A program made the position numbers and the translations under genes. From contig NW_019029009.1 in the NCBI RefSeq assembly GCF_002105155.1, forward strand, positions 372,001 through 436,000: DNA of 64,000 nucleotides, read 5' to 3'. This stretch comes from Lobosporangium transversale. Taxonomy: Eukaryota. Below the pieces are notes generated by a model. It was not told where the DNA came from and did no database searches. It saw nothing but the letters and a program-made list of their open reading frames with translations. The stretch's first letter is position 1. Every line of letters begins with the position of its first letter. Shown here one piece after another: positions 34,296 to 48,063 of this stretch.

Positions 34296-37149
34296 AGTCG
34301 TTATGTGGCCGTAGGGAAGTGGATTTGGGCTGTGGGAGTCTCTGATATTCGATGCAAAACAAGTGTTGTTTGCGATTTCTTGCAGTAAACAAAGAAAAGG
34401 AAAGAAAACAGGGGAATGGGGTGTGAGTCAGTAAAGCCCAAAGTTGGCTATTGTGTAAGTCGTTATCCGAGGGCGGGAAGGTAAAAAAAAATGTTGGGCG
34501 TAAAAAAAGTGTTTGTTTTGTTTGACAAAGTAAAAGCAAGAGGTAGAAAAGGACGAAGACGATAAACAATGGCTATTCTGATTGGCTTTGCTTCTATAAA
34601 TGACTAAGAACTGATATATTTGTAGAACGGATGAAAAAAATAAGAAAAAAAAAAAAAAAAAAAGAAATCACCCTGTCTTTTATAGAAAAAATATCGTTGA
34701 GCACGTCGCGTCCTCAGCCCAATTCAGGCGTACTAAAGTTTACCAAATATCTTGGCTGATCATGGCTCACAACTGTGCACTTGACGACATGATCGCCTCA
34801 ATAGTTGATTCAATAAATTTGTTTATTTTAAAATAGCATTTGGTAATAATCGGACCCTGCTTTACTCCCCTCCTTTTTTTTTATTTTTTTCTATTTTTTA
34901 ATTGTGATTAGTTTATTATTATGACCTTGTTCGATTCAAGCTTCAAAAGGAAAAAAAAAAGGTGTAGAAGGCGATTCAATTTCATTAGTTAAAGGCTTTG
35001 ATTATTAGCTCCTTTTTTTTTTTTTTTTATTTTATTTTACGACATCAATCCTCTTTTGTCCTCCCCTTCATTTACTAAAAGTTGAAGGAGTATGAGGATA
35101 GTGTTGTGCTCTGCCAAAACAGAAAAAAAAAAAAAAAAAAAGATTGGCTGGACAAATTGACATTGTCACGCTGGTCGATTTTTTTTTTTCTGGATGTTTG
35201 TGATCGACTCTTATACATCCTCTCAAACATTTGCGATTATTTTTGGCTTAAGACATGATCTATTTTCATCCAGGAAAAAAAAAAAAAAATGCATGCGCAG
35301 AATCGTCAAGTGTGTGTATCAAATAGTGAGGCATAGGACATTTATTGGGAACCAAGGAGGATCTTGGAAGGCAATGGCTATTGCTTTCTAAATGTGGGTG
35401 ATAGGTAAGGTTACATTAAATCGGGGTGTGCAGGATGATCAACAATGGTCATGTCGATCCCGGAAAAAAGGCGGACGAAGCGGTGGACGAGGGAAGAATG
35501 AGCAATGGTTCTCTTGGCCTTCTTGGCGAGGTGATTCTCTTGGCGTGGCGTTTAGTGCTCAGAATTTTTTTTTTTTTTTTCCTTCGATCATACAAAATTT
35601 TAATTTTGACAATTCTAGCTTGACATTAGGGGAAGTGAAGAGCAAGTGGATGCATTTGAGGAATATTAATATATGCATGTAAATGCAAGGCGGGGTCCAT
35701 GAACGTAACAAATCTTTGCCTTCTGTCTCCCTGAATCTACTAAAGATGTCGATGAGGAACGATAAAGAACGTCATCATCTCGCTACTAGCATCTTAATAA
35801 CTGTAGATGTGTAACATTGGCACCAGGTGAATTCATTTCTTGATTTTTTAAGAACGGTGTTGGAAGACAGGGGAAAGGTGAAGATCCGTCTCTGGAAATT
35901 GAAGGAGGTATCCTCCTACACTCTCCTAAAGTCTTGGCACGAGTGCATACTTGGAAAGAATGCCAAGAACAACGAACAGATTAACTATGATCGGTAATAC
36001 CATTTTTGCCAAGAAAAATAGAATTTGCCAAGAGAATCGTCGAAAGCTCTTCCCCCTGTCACACGAGCGTTACACAAGGAAGGAAGATTCACGTTTCTAC
36101 ACAGAGCACAAACACAAACATAAACACAAGCGACACACAATCAACAACACGCGGTCGGTCCACAAGTGCTGATGCGTTGTATATGAAGTAACTATTTGAG
36201 TGAGAGTGAGAAAAGAGGATCAGAAGTATCTTCATTTTTTATTTTTACTATCACGCAATCGTCCCCCCACTTGGGCATCCAGCTTGTCTAATTGTTATAT
36301 TTTAAAGGATCATATAGCTATCTTTTCTTCCAATTTCTTACCGAATTCATGGCACACCATTCACCTGGTCATTTCCTTGGATGCGCTCACAAATGGCGGA
36401 CTCCTTGATATAAAAAAAAAATAAAAAAAAAAAAAAAAAGCTCTTGTTCTATCCTCATATACAGGACACTTATATTTGTATCCATATTATATAATTTTTA
36501 ATAATTGCTAAAACAAACATATGGCCCGTGAGCTTAGAGATCAGTGTCTCTGTTGATGAGGACAGTTTTTTTTTTTGTTTATGCCCAATGTAAGCGTCCC
36601 ACTATCTCTCGCCCTCGCCCCTCGCCCTCATCTTACTTTTCTTTCTCTTCCATCCACCCTTCTGTGTTGAACCTTGTAAACATCATTTCTTTGCTTTGCT
36701 TGGCATTGTTGTTGCTATCTGTTGTTTTCCGTTTCAATAATAGCAGCCTCCATGAAGTGTAATAAAGGGTAATAAACCTGATACCCTTGTTCAGCTTTCT
36801 CTCTCCTACAGCCTTCTCCTTTATCTAATCAGTGTTCCTGTTTTATTTTGTCTTGTCTTGGCAACAACGTCGTAACAAAATCATCCCCATATGAGGAAAA
36901 AAAATGATATCCGCAAACCCGAGAATCCCTTCATTCCTGTGTAATTTACAGCGGAAACCTGTCCACAAACTTCATAGTCCCTCGTTCACGAATGTTACCA
37001 GATTTGCGGAATTGGGCTGAAGTGGTTGAACATGAACTCTGATCTAGCTAACGTGATGCTGCACATGGCCAGCAATGATAGGCAGCAATGAGTCAATAAG
37101 GGGGTAATAATAAAATATATAATAGAATTGCTATTTGTAAACAAAAGCC

Positions 37150-38087
37150 ATGTGGAATATCCCAGAACAAATGTATACTTTGTATTTATTTGATTTGAGA
37201 TACTGTAAATGCAAGCAGACCACTGCTTCAGTGCAATCCCGTCGTTTGGAAGCCAGGGACGTCGTGAGGCTTTACCCGATCCAATAATGTCTCATATCGA
37301 CGTAGTGTATAAAAGACGAGGGCAAGTCCTCGACCTTTAGCAACTACGAGGGAAATAACTTTCGATATTCAATCCTTTTTTTTTTTTTATTTCTAATTCT
37401 AATAGTATGGCCGTATAAATCCTCACAGCCTTCTTCTGTCATTTTTTTCACATGTGGCAAGTGGCTGCATTGACTCTTTCGAGCTTCAACTCAAACTCTG
37501 CGCTTTCTGATCTCCAATTAAAGCTGACATTTGTCTGCAGTGCTACGTCGACTTTCCTGCCCATTAAATATTTGATAGCACTACCAAATTCGCGTTCATT
37601 GACAAGCCGGGCATTCTTAGTGACAATTGATCCGAGTTCTTCGCTGTGATAAAACGACAGTCGGATTGAAGCACCAATAACAGTATTGCGAACGACCTCA
37701 GTAACAAGCAGTGAAAAGAGCACTTAGAGGATCCCTCTTGCAATGTACCAGTCCATCAAGTAATTAAAGACATTTGTCCAAATGGACGCGTAAACATATT
37801 CCGTTGATGGTGGTACAAGTTGATTTGATTTCAGCGATATACACAAATAGACTTCCCTTAATGACATTCGATGGGCCTGAGGAAGTATGGATAACCGAAA
37901 CTTGGTCCCATATCCAGGACCGCAGGTTCGCTAACGGTGGTTTTGCATTCGGATCATTATCACACTCTAGGTAGAGCGCCAAGAGCATCTCCCGCAAGGT
38001 GTCTTTAACATACTTCTCCTCTATGTTAAATTTGGCAATACATGTGCTTGCAGGATTGTTGTCAATAAAATGCTTTTTGTACTCCAT
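37150..38087 (-). pseudogene. Degenerate PD-(D/E)xK/REase-like ORF
   Basis: The fragment KYLMGRKVDVALQ...SAEFELK resembles a GRKxD...ExK nuclease motif. The reading frames are broken. Confidence 0.4.
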
Positions 38088-38569
38088 GTAAAAAAAAAAG
38101 ATTTGCTTATTAACAAAACTTAGTTTGTATGAATCGAATAATCAAAATAACTGTTTCTGGGTAGAATGAAGCTCATTTACAAATGGTATGGATAGAAACC
38201 GTTACTGGATGGATAATCATACCGCTGTGAGTGAGGCAAGTGATCTTTGTATGTGAGGAGGAGTGTTTGAATGGAGAAAGCGCGGAATAAATGTTTGTCA
38301 AAATATTTTTGCGCGCATGTCAAAATACCATTCATTGGTCCATTAGATCTAAGGATCGCGCCATCGCCTTTTCATGGAGAGGAATCTCAATGGCGAATGA
38401 GAATGGAGCATGGATGGTGATGGATGGATGATTGTGAATAAAAGTTAACTGTCATTTTGTCTTCATTCCTCCATTCCTCCATTCACTCTTCTCAAACGTT
38501 TTGAACATAACACTCTAGCACTTCCAACGATTCACATAATAGCAATAATAATAATATTTAAAAAAAAAT

Positions 38570-39700
38570 GTACCCAAAGCATAGCACATTCCCATGGGCT
38601 CAGTTGCCACATCGACGCGAATCCGAAGTATAAATCCACGTTCATGTTTTCTTGGTTGTAAACCGTAAAAGCTCCTTCCCGATTGAATTGCTGCATCCAT
38701 TTATATTATATACAGACAAAACCTCGTTCTCGTCCTTTCTCATCGCGGCTGTGGTGATCTTATACCATACATTGCAGACATCATCGAAAGTGATAAAATC
38801 ATCTCTTGAGAGCTGCTGACCGTTACCTCCCTAGACCTGGGTGAATTTGCCATAATCCATTGTAAGCTCATGCAATACAGTTTGGATTGTTGATCCCTTC
38901 AAAAGAAGACACTCGATGGCTGCTTTTACAGCACCTGAAAGTTGCCGAGTACCGAGATCGGTAAGGCTGTCCAGCCTAAGGTTATGCTGGTACTCATACT
39001 CAACAGTATATGCCCCCTACTTTCGAGCCATCAGCTATCAGCACTGGCTTCAACGTAGCCAATATCTTTGCTCCACACTTTGTTTATTTCCTAGAGCATG
39101 AATCCTGCTTTTGCCTGTGACACCTCCTTGGGGTCTATCTTTCCTTACGCGCTTCTTGCCAGCGCATTGGCATTCATAAGTGAGGCGGTGCAGATTATCA
39201 GTTTTGTAGTCATATTTTCTTGTCAATACAAAATTGGTGGAAATAACCCTTTGGATGCTTCAGAAACCAAGCATCAAACCTCTCGGGTTCAATAAAGAAT
39301 TCAACTTTCGAGGCAGTCAGAGTGGTGAACCGAGATTCAGGATCAATTTTATAGTGCTTTGCGGCTTGAATAATCTCAGTGTCATTGCACAAAATCACTC
39401 TCATTTTTTTTTCAACAACAATATTATTGCGTTCATTCTCAATACGCGTCTTCAAAGACTAGAGTTAACGTACAAATGTCAAGTTTTTTCTTTATTACTC
39501 TCAAGCAATGAACTAGACTTTATGGGGGCAACTAATATAATTGCAACACTTACCTCGAAATCAAATTCATGATCAGTCGGGATATCTACTTGATCATCCT
39601 TCCCTTTTTCTTCATTTCCACCTTCTTTTTCTTCGCTGTCATCCTCCCCATCCTTCCCAGAGTTTGACGCGTCAAGGGCTTTTCTCTAAAGCATAGTTCT
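38570..39700 (-). pseudogene. Mutator (MULE) transposase relic, N-terminal half
   Basis: Frameshifted fragments YECQCAGKK, KCGAKI...VEYEYQHN, DLGTRQLSGAVKAAIECLLLKG, RDDFITFDDVCNVW, KWMQQF...LYFGFASMWQL and HGNVLCF resemble the WRKY/FAR1-like zinc module and the lead-in to the first catalytic D of fungal MULE transposases. Confidence 0.65.
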
Positions 39701-40212
39701 GATTAGATATCATCAAGAAAGCATTGATACAAAAAAAAATTATTATTATTATTCGCATTTGAACACTTACAATATCTTCAAATCACACCGATCAATATTT
39801 TTTTTTTTTTCAATTTGATTGATGGCGAGAACATCATTGATAAGAGCATCATCAGTAACAGCTTCTTGTTGTTGGGTGCGTGAAATAAAAGAAAAAAAAA
39901 AAAAAAAAAAAAAAAGGTATGATCGATATCAATTACAAAAAGTTTATTAAACAATTCACTTATAAGTGATAGGGTAGTGATAATTGATTAATTGCAAGCC
40001 ACAATACTGTGCGTTTTAGAGCTGTACACACACCTCGACACCTCGTACAAAAAATAATAAACATAAAAAACACGTCCTTCGCGTGGTGCCACCAAAAAGG
40101 GGGAGATTATTTTTATTTTTATTTTATTTTAATATATCCATATTTATATTTTTATTCGACACATTGAAATTCACAAAAAAAAAAAAAAAAAAAGAGGAAA
40201 TCAATCTTAATC

Positions 40213-43200
40213 ATGATACCAATGTCAACTCCAAAGGCACGAATGATGGCGGTGCGACGTCAGATCGTCAGGACATTTAAAAAGCATCAGCTAACTCTTC
40301 AACTCGATGCCACAGAATTCTTGGAACAGACTTTGGAAGCACAAGATATACCTCCGGAAGATCTGAATGATACACTTGAAAACATTGCTGTAGGATATGT
40401 AGCTCGGGAAGGTATATGGAGAGAAAATAGAAAGAGAAAGAGGAAATGACTGAGAAAGAGAAAAGAGAAAAGAGGAAAGAGAAAAGGGAAAAGAGAATGG
40501 AAGATAGAGATAGAGAAGGAGTGTAGTAAAAAAAAAAAAAAAAAAAAAAGAAAGCGTAATGCAATCAAGATCCTCCGGTTACTTTCAACTTCTTTTATTT
40601 CTTTTAAACTGGAAGCTAAACATTTTTTTTTTTTTCCTCCTTATTTTAAATCAAACTCAAGGATTAAACCTGGTGAGTCGAGCTCGTTTGGAGATTGTAT
40701 TGGAGAGTATGCAGAAATGGACACATCACTTGCACGAGAAGCCCACGCGCAATACACTTGATCCACATAAATCTCAACAACCACAACAACAATCTATGAT
40801 GAAGGTCTCTCAATCGATATCGTCGCAACGGCCTGATCCACACGATCTAGAATCAATTGATATGGATTCAGTCCGACATGGAATAGAGGAGGTAGAAGAA
40901 AGGGAACGATATCGTTCGTCGTATAATGCTGATGGTGATGATGACTTTTCAAAAGGTCAACAATACGGATCAGAACCGATGCAAGATGAGAATATGTACA
41001 TGGTAGGAGGAAGAGAAGGAGAAGCAGAAGGAGAAGGAGAAGCAGAAGAGGACGATGTGGACATTACAGAGTTGTTTCATGTGATCGATGCGTTTTCGAT
41101 GCCACGTTGGGACTGGGCATCCGACATCAAGACTTTCACTCGTGTTGAAGATAATGATAGCTCGGCTCGTCATCCCTCAAATCATCATCACCATCACCAA
41201 GTCAATGGATCAAGTACGATAGCAACAAGTACAAATGCGAGCAAAGGGGCGAATCAGTTGTTAGGATCAGCAAAAGAAAAGACTGCGATGTTTCGAGCTC
41301 GATATCACTTGTTATTACAGCGTATTTTGAGGAATGAACATTTTGCGCCACCCGTGTTCACAGGAGGGATGAAACAGGATCGGTATTTGAAGATCACACC
41401 ACTGAAAGCATTGAAGGGTCGAGCAGGGGAACGATTCCTGATGTTTGGGATGCTTGTTCGGAACAGTCATGGGAGATTCTGTTTAGAGGATGCGGATGAT
41501 CGAGTGGAGCTTGTTTTTCAACATAGTGTAAGGATACTATCCACACACACACACATGTATATATATATATATGAAAATCAAACACGATATGTCTATGTCT
41601 ATGGTCTGTCTAACTTGAATAGGAGTTTTTCTTTTTTTTCTTTTTTTTTCTTTTTTTTCTCTCTTAACCCACTTAGCGAAACACTGCTGGAATGTTCACA
41701 GAGAATTGTTTTGTGTTGCTGGAAGGAAAGTATACGGACGATAACAATATTCACGTTGATGCTATTGGTCTACCACCTCCTGAGTTACGTGAGGAAACAA
41801 AGTACGTCTTTTTTTTTTATTTTTTATTTTTTTATTATTTTTATTATTTCCTTGTTGCTTATATATATACGATAACTCATGTTGTTGTAACGATTGAATA
41901 TATTGTGTTGTAGAAAAGTATTTGGAAATATAGACTTTTTAGGAGCGCCAAGGGAGATGAGAAGTGAAGAACAGCTCAAGGTGATTTGTGAAGAATATGA
42001 AGATATTTGTTTCGTCATTCTCTCGGATCTGTGGCTGGATCAACCCAAGGTAGGATACCTTTTTTTGTTGTTGATGATGTTGTTGTTAAATAATGGAATA
42101 CATTCAAGTGCCTATAAGGGTGACAATTTTAACAATTTTTTTTTTTTTTTTTTTTTTTTTGATTGATTGATTGATTCTTGAAAAAAAAAAAAAAAAAAAA
42201 AAAAAGACGTTTACAACGTTGCGAACGATTTTTGAGGGTTATTCCAATTCGACGCTGCCATTAGCATTCATCATGTGTGGAAGTTTCAAATCGGTGCCGT
42301 TTTTGCTCAATGGACTTGAATCAGCCCCTTATAGAGAGGGATTCAATCAGCTAGCAGAATTGATTGCAGAGTTTCCGACGATGGCTACATTTAGCTATTT
42401 TATCTTTGTGCCTGGCCCAAACGATCCTTGGGACGGTGGCATTTTGCCTCGACCAAAGATCCCAGATTTTTATACGGCTAAAGTTAGATCATTAGTGAAG
42501 CGATCTATCTTTACATCAAATCCATGCAGGTAAAAAAAAAAAAAAAAGAAAAAAAGTATTTTTTACGTTTTTTTTGACGGGTCCTAAAAAAAAAAAAAAA
42601 TGGACACGATAATAGGATCAAGTATTGTGATCAAGAAATTGTGATTTTCCGAGACGATATTTTGAACCGGATTCTACGTAATTGTATTGTTTCACCTTCT
42701 GGAGATGTCGTGATCCAGAAGCAACTTGTCAGAACACTCGTGGATGGCGCACATCTCTCTCCTCTGCCGTTGACAACGCGACAAGTTGCTTGGGCTTACG
42801 ATCATGCTCTCAGGATTTACCCCATTCCAGACGCTGTAGGTCCATAATTCTATCGCAAATGTGTTTTGGAAACTGACCATGATGAATCTAACCTACAGGG
42901 TGATTTTTTTTTTTTTTTTTTTCCCTTTTTTTTCCCTTTTTTTTTCCTTACCAGTTGATCTTGGCGGATAAATTCGAGGCGTACAACTTCAATTACCAGA
43001 ATTGTCATTGCATGAATCCTGGGAGCTTTCCTACGAGTGATTATTCATGGATGGTTTATCATCCGGCAAAGAGACAATCTGACGTTTGGCAAGTTTGGTT
43101 TTTATTTCTTCACAATGTATTATGAAAATAAAATCAACAGGAATTGGGAATAATGTTACTAACTGATCTAATCTTTTTTTTTTTTCTTCTCCTTCTTCTT

Positions 43201-43245
43201 AATGTCGTTCTACTTTGCAGTCAAATACCCAAAGCAACACGATAA
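40213..43245 (+). CDS. DPB2: DNA polymerase epsilon subunit B, multi-exon
   Basis: VIDAFSMPRW, MFRARYHLLLQRILRNEHF, FVILSDLWLDQP, FIFVPGPNDP, TSNPCRIKYC, HLSPLP..WAYDHALRIYPIPD and MNPGSF. The last intron is probably GC-AG (43089-43220). Confidence 0.95.
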
Positions 43246-44099
43246 TCTCACAATTACAACAACGATTAAAAAGAAAGTATAGAATAATAAGCTCGTACCC
43301 TTTGCTGTATGTAACTCACGCGAGTATATGATGTTTTGAAGTTTTGTTGCTTTGATGCTTTGACTCGATGAAACAGGCAACAGTTGCAACAGACCTACAG
43401 AATATATAGCTCGCAAGCAAGAGTAGCAAAAAAGAAAGAAAAAAAAGAAAAGGGTTGGAAAGGGAGGTGTATATAGAAGGATAATCTGGTATATGCAGGA
43501 CAGTAGCAGAGCTGAGGAATGTAGTCCATACTGCATGAAAGAGTAAATCAACCTTATGCGCGTGGACAGCTCTGTTTGTTCCTGTTTACATGTACCTGTG
43601 TGCCTGTGTAGGATGTAAATTTTTATGGGCAAAGTAGGTAATATTCCCAGGGGGGAGGGTGAGTCTATCAGACAAAGAGAGGATTTCGCCTTGCAACACG
43701 TGCCTCCCCACACATGATTTTTTCGATCTCAATTGGAGGTGTGTGAGCCCTAGAAATTAGAAATAAGACTTTAGCACAACCTTGTTCAACTGTCTTCATC
43801 CACATTCATAACCATCTATTTAACCGACATCCCAAAGGAGAGGAAAAAAAAAATAATATTACAACAGGCACAGGCACATTAATTAAAAAGTGATAACAGT
43901 TTAATATTGAAGGTAAGGCTCAGCATCTGCACATCATCTCTTGAGAATGAGAGCAATGGATGAGAACTTTGCAAAAAAAAAAAAACAGGGGAAGGGTCAC
44001 TCACTAACCACAAAACCTGTTTCTGACATGCTTGAATTTCTTTTCTTTTTTTTTTTTTTTTTTTCTTCTTTATTAAAAGAAAAGAAAAGAAAAGAAAGG

Positions 44100-44568
44100 A
44101 TGAGCTCGCCTACACTTCAATCTATCAACACCCCAGCTGGGAAGGTGCTCTGTGTTGCGGATCTTCGAGGTAATCTTTTTTTTTTTTTTTTTTTTTTTCA
44201 ATTGACCTTCCGGAATTAAAAGATCTGATATGATACGCTGGATTTCAAAGAGCAACATTAAATTTATAAAGAATGTCTGGCTTTTTTTCTTTTTCTTTAA
44301 TGGGTATGTAGGCAACATTTCGCAGTTGAATGATCTAGCAGATCAGACAGGAGCCAAATTGATTATCCATTGTGGTGATTTTGGATTTTATGGTAAAAAA
44401 TAAAAAAAAAAATTCCCTTTCTCCCTCTCGCTCTCTCTCTCTCTTTTTAAAAACGCGTAAATAGTTGGAAAAGTTTTCTAAATTCTTTTGTATCTTTTGT
44501 ATCTCTCTTTCTTTCTTTCTTTAAGAACGCGACAGTTTGAATCGTATTAGTGACAGGTAAATGTTTAA

Positions 44569-44607
<39 letters not shown>

Positions 44608-45360
44608 GATTTTATATGATAAAAGTCTAATTTGTTTTTTTCTGGTAAAAAAAAAAGAACATTGAAGCATTTGGTTCAATACAGCACTTTGATCCCTCCA
44701 GCGATGCGCACACGACTATTACAGGCGAATGTGACACCGGATTCACTCCGGTCTCAGATCAGGGCCTCGACCACCCATATCTTATCCGAACTGCCATTAT
44801 TTTTATCAGGACAAAAGACATTGAAGGTCCCTGTGTATACCGTCTGGGGAGCTTGCGAAGACGTCAGTGTGTTGGAGAAATTTCGATCAAATGAATACTC
44901 AATCCCTCATTTGAACATTCTGGACGAAGCTGCTACGACTGTAATCGATATTGGAGGGGTGAAGCTTCGACTTTTTGGATTGGGAGGTGCTATTGCACAG
45001 CACAAGTTCTTTGATATTGGAGAAGGTTCGTTTGGTCAAAACTCTTGACTTTTTGCTTTTTTTTTTTTTTTTTTTTTTTTTTTTGTTGCAATGTGCATAG
45101 AGCTAAGGAAATATATATATATGATTATACAGGAACGTCAACCATCGCTGGCGGTTCAGGTACAATGTGGACAACAGCACTTCAAATTGGACAGTTGGTC
45201 GATACGGCTCAAAAAGTCTTTGATGCGACAGAGACTCGTGTCCTGGTCTCTCATGCTAGTCCTGGTCGTGAAGGAATCCTTGCTCAATTGGCACTTGTTT
45301 TGAAGGTGAATATATATTGCCATTTTTATTGATTAAACATGTCGGCAGGCAATGCGGATC

Positions 45361-45400
<40 letters not shown>

Positions 45401-46011
45401 AACAACTTGGATGATTTACTTTTTACTTTTTACTTTTTACTTTTTACTTTTTACTCTTTATTTTACTTTATTTTCCTTTTTGGTAGGCCGATTTCACGCT
45501 TTCTGCAGGATTACATTTCCGCTATGGAATCTCGTACAATGAATTTGGAGTTCAAGGAGATCAGGAGTTGTACCGGAACAAGTTGTTGAACTCTCAAAAG
45601 AATTTTATGGATATGTGGGAAGGAGTGAAGACACATGTGGAGAGCAGTGTGAGTGATGAGCAACGGGTCCTATTGGAGAATTGTCTGTCAGTCGTCAACC
45701 GTTTGCCTGCTGTAAACAGTTTGCCGAATGATAAAGATGAGGCTGCGTTCAAGAACATGTGGAATTTCAATTTGCCGGATGCAGGCTTGGGATTGTTGAT
45801 CTTGGATATTAATCAAGGAAGGATTGCTATTGAGACCCGCTCTCAAGGTAAAAAGAGAAAAAGAGAAAAAGAAAAGAAAAGAAAAGAAAAGAGTTGCTAA
45901 CCTTCCAAACATTTGCAAAAAAAAAAAAAAAAAAAAAAAAAACTAGGCTTCAATTTCTCGTACCGCCGCAACAATGTCTCGCTGCGATCTGGCTCTCCTG
46001 CTATTGCTTAA
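44100..46011 (+). CDS. Fungal metallophosphoesterase-fold protein (DUF2433-like), multi-exon
   Basis: VLCVADLRG|N, IIHCGDFGFY, YTVWGACED, LFGLGG, SHASPGREG, SAGLHFRYG and FKNMWNFNLPDA; stop at 46009-46011. Confidence 0.8.
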
Positions 46012-46255
46012 TTATTACAAAAACATATTTTTCAACTTATTGATGTAGATGCATATAGACATTATTGCAGATTTACAAAGAGGAAGATTTATAAAAAAAA
46101 AAAAAATAATTGTTGTAATCTATTTTTGCAGTTACGTAAAGTGAACGTCTAATGTCGTGCTGTGTTGTGTTGTGTATCTGTTGTATTTAACATCCTACGT
46201 GAAAAAAAAGAAAAAGAAAAAAAAAAAAAAGTTTCTGTTTCTGTTGTACTTCATT

Positions 46256-48020
46256 TTACTTCTCGGTTTTGAGGCCCTCCAAGGTATCCTTCAACTTCTC
46301 AAACGCTGGTTGGTCTTCCCAAGAATCCCTTGTCCTGCCCATCAGGCTCTTGATCATCTGTTTCGCACGGTAGGCCCAATCCTTGGCTACGATCTGCTCC
46401 TGACCCTGTGAATCCTTATAGGTCAAAGGACCCAGGTTACGATACCAATCCACCATCTCAATCGCTGCCTCCACTGCCTTCTCAAACTCGGCCTGATCAG
46501 TCTCGATCTTGGAGCTCAGGGTGACGGAACGATAGGCCTTGAGATGGGATTCTAAACATTCTGGATAGTTCTTTTGCCAAAAGTAGAATTTCCCACAGAT
46601 CTTCCAGATCCGAGGGTCATTCGAGATTCGGTTGGTGATGCCGAGCAAGAGCTCTTCGATCTTGGACTCTTGGAACGCAACTCGTTTGGAATAAAGATCC
46701 TTGAGGTCCCGGGTTAGACCCTGAACGATCCTGTCCAAGACCATGATATCAACAATCTCTTGAGCCGCTTCGTCATCGGCTTCGCCAGTGCTGTTGCTGT
46801 TGGTACCGCTGTTTTTCCTCTTGTCGCTTTCCCTTTTCACTTGCTTGTAACGTATTTCGACCACCATACCCATGGCCCGGATAGCTTCTGTGAAATCACC
46901 AATGTCGATGGAGCAGTACATGTAATTCGACCAGATCTTCCAAGACTCTCGCTTCTCCTTCAGAGCCTGTCGCAAAGCATGGTGAGCATCCACATTATTG
47001 TTCTCACGCATATGAATCGCTGCCAAGTTATTCCAGGCCTCTCCGTTGTTGGGATCCAATGAGACGACCCTGGTAAAGGCCTCGATCGCGACTGAGAAAT
47101 CCTCAAGTTGCATACAGATACAGCCCAGGATAAACCAAGAGTTCTCAAAAAGAGGGTTGATCTTGAGTGCTTGCTGAAACGCTACCTTGGCAGGCGCAAA
47201 CTCTTGACGTTTATAATAATAGGATCCTAATGATCGTTGAGCACGCGCGAAACGCTGACCTGAGGCCTCCCAAGATTCCTTATACTTTTCAGGATCTTGA
47301 TCCAGATCACCAAGGATACAGAGCAATTTGGGACTCTTGGGATTCTGTTGTAATAATTCATGACAGAGCGCCTTGGCTTTTGCAGTCTGGTCCAAGAATT
47401 GATGACAGGCAATCACATCCTCCCAAAGCTCGAGTCGTTCAAAGATCTCGAGAGCCGAACGGATAACGCCCAGCTTCATGTATTGTTCTGCCAATTCCTT
47501 TTCGAGTTCCCATTTGGAAGGCAACAAGACTGAAAAGAAATGATGCATCCTTTCTTGGGTGGTTGAGGTTTCATCTTCAATCTTGGTTTGATCCACTAGA
47601 GCCTGCAGCTGCAACGTACCACGTTCGACTGTTCTGGACTTGTCGGATTCGAGACGTGAACGGAGCAAAAGAGCCATTGTGTAGACTGTCCAGTTATTGG
47701 GGGTCTCGAGCACTCGGGTGACAAAGGGGAACATTTGTTCGACCGTGAGACCATGAGCTGGATTGGTGTTTTTGATGTTGAGGCAGAATGCTAACAAGAG
47801 AGCGTGATCGATTGGGTGAAGGTCTTCGATTTTTTTGGAAGGGTCTAATTCCAGATCACCCAGGTTGGCGCGTTGTTCTTCCGTCAGTTCTGTGAACTGG
47901 ATCTTTTCTAGGATGGTGTCATCGTTATGTTCAAGGTTTCTGGGACCTCCTCTTCCTGTGGATGTGGACGTGGATGTGGGTGTGGGTGTTGAGACTTCTG
48001 TTCCATTTGCTCCCTCTGTT

Positions 48021-48063
<43 letters not shown>

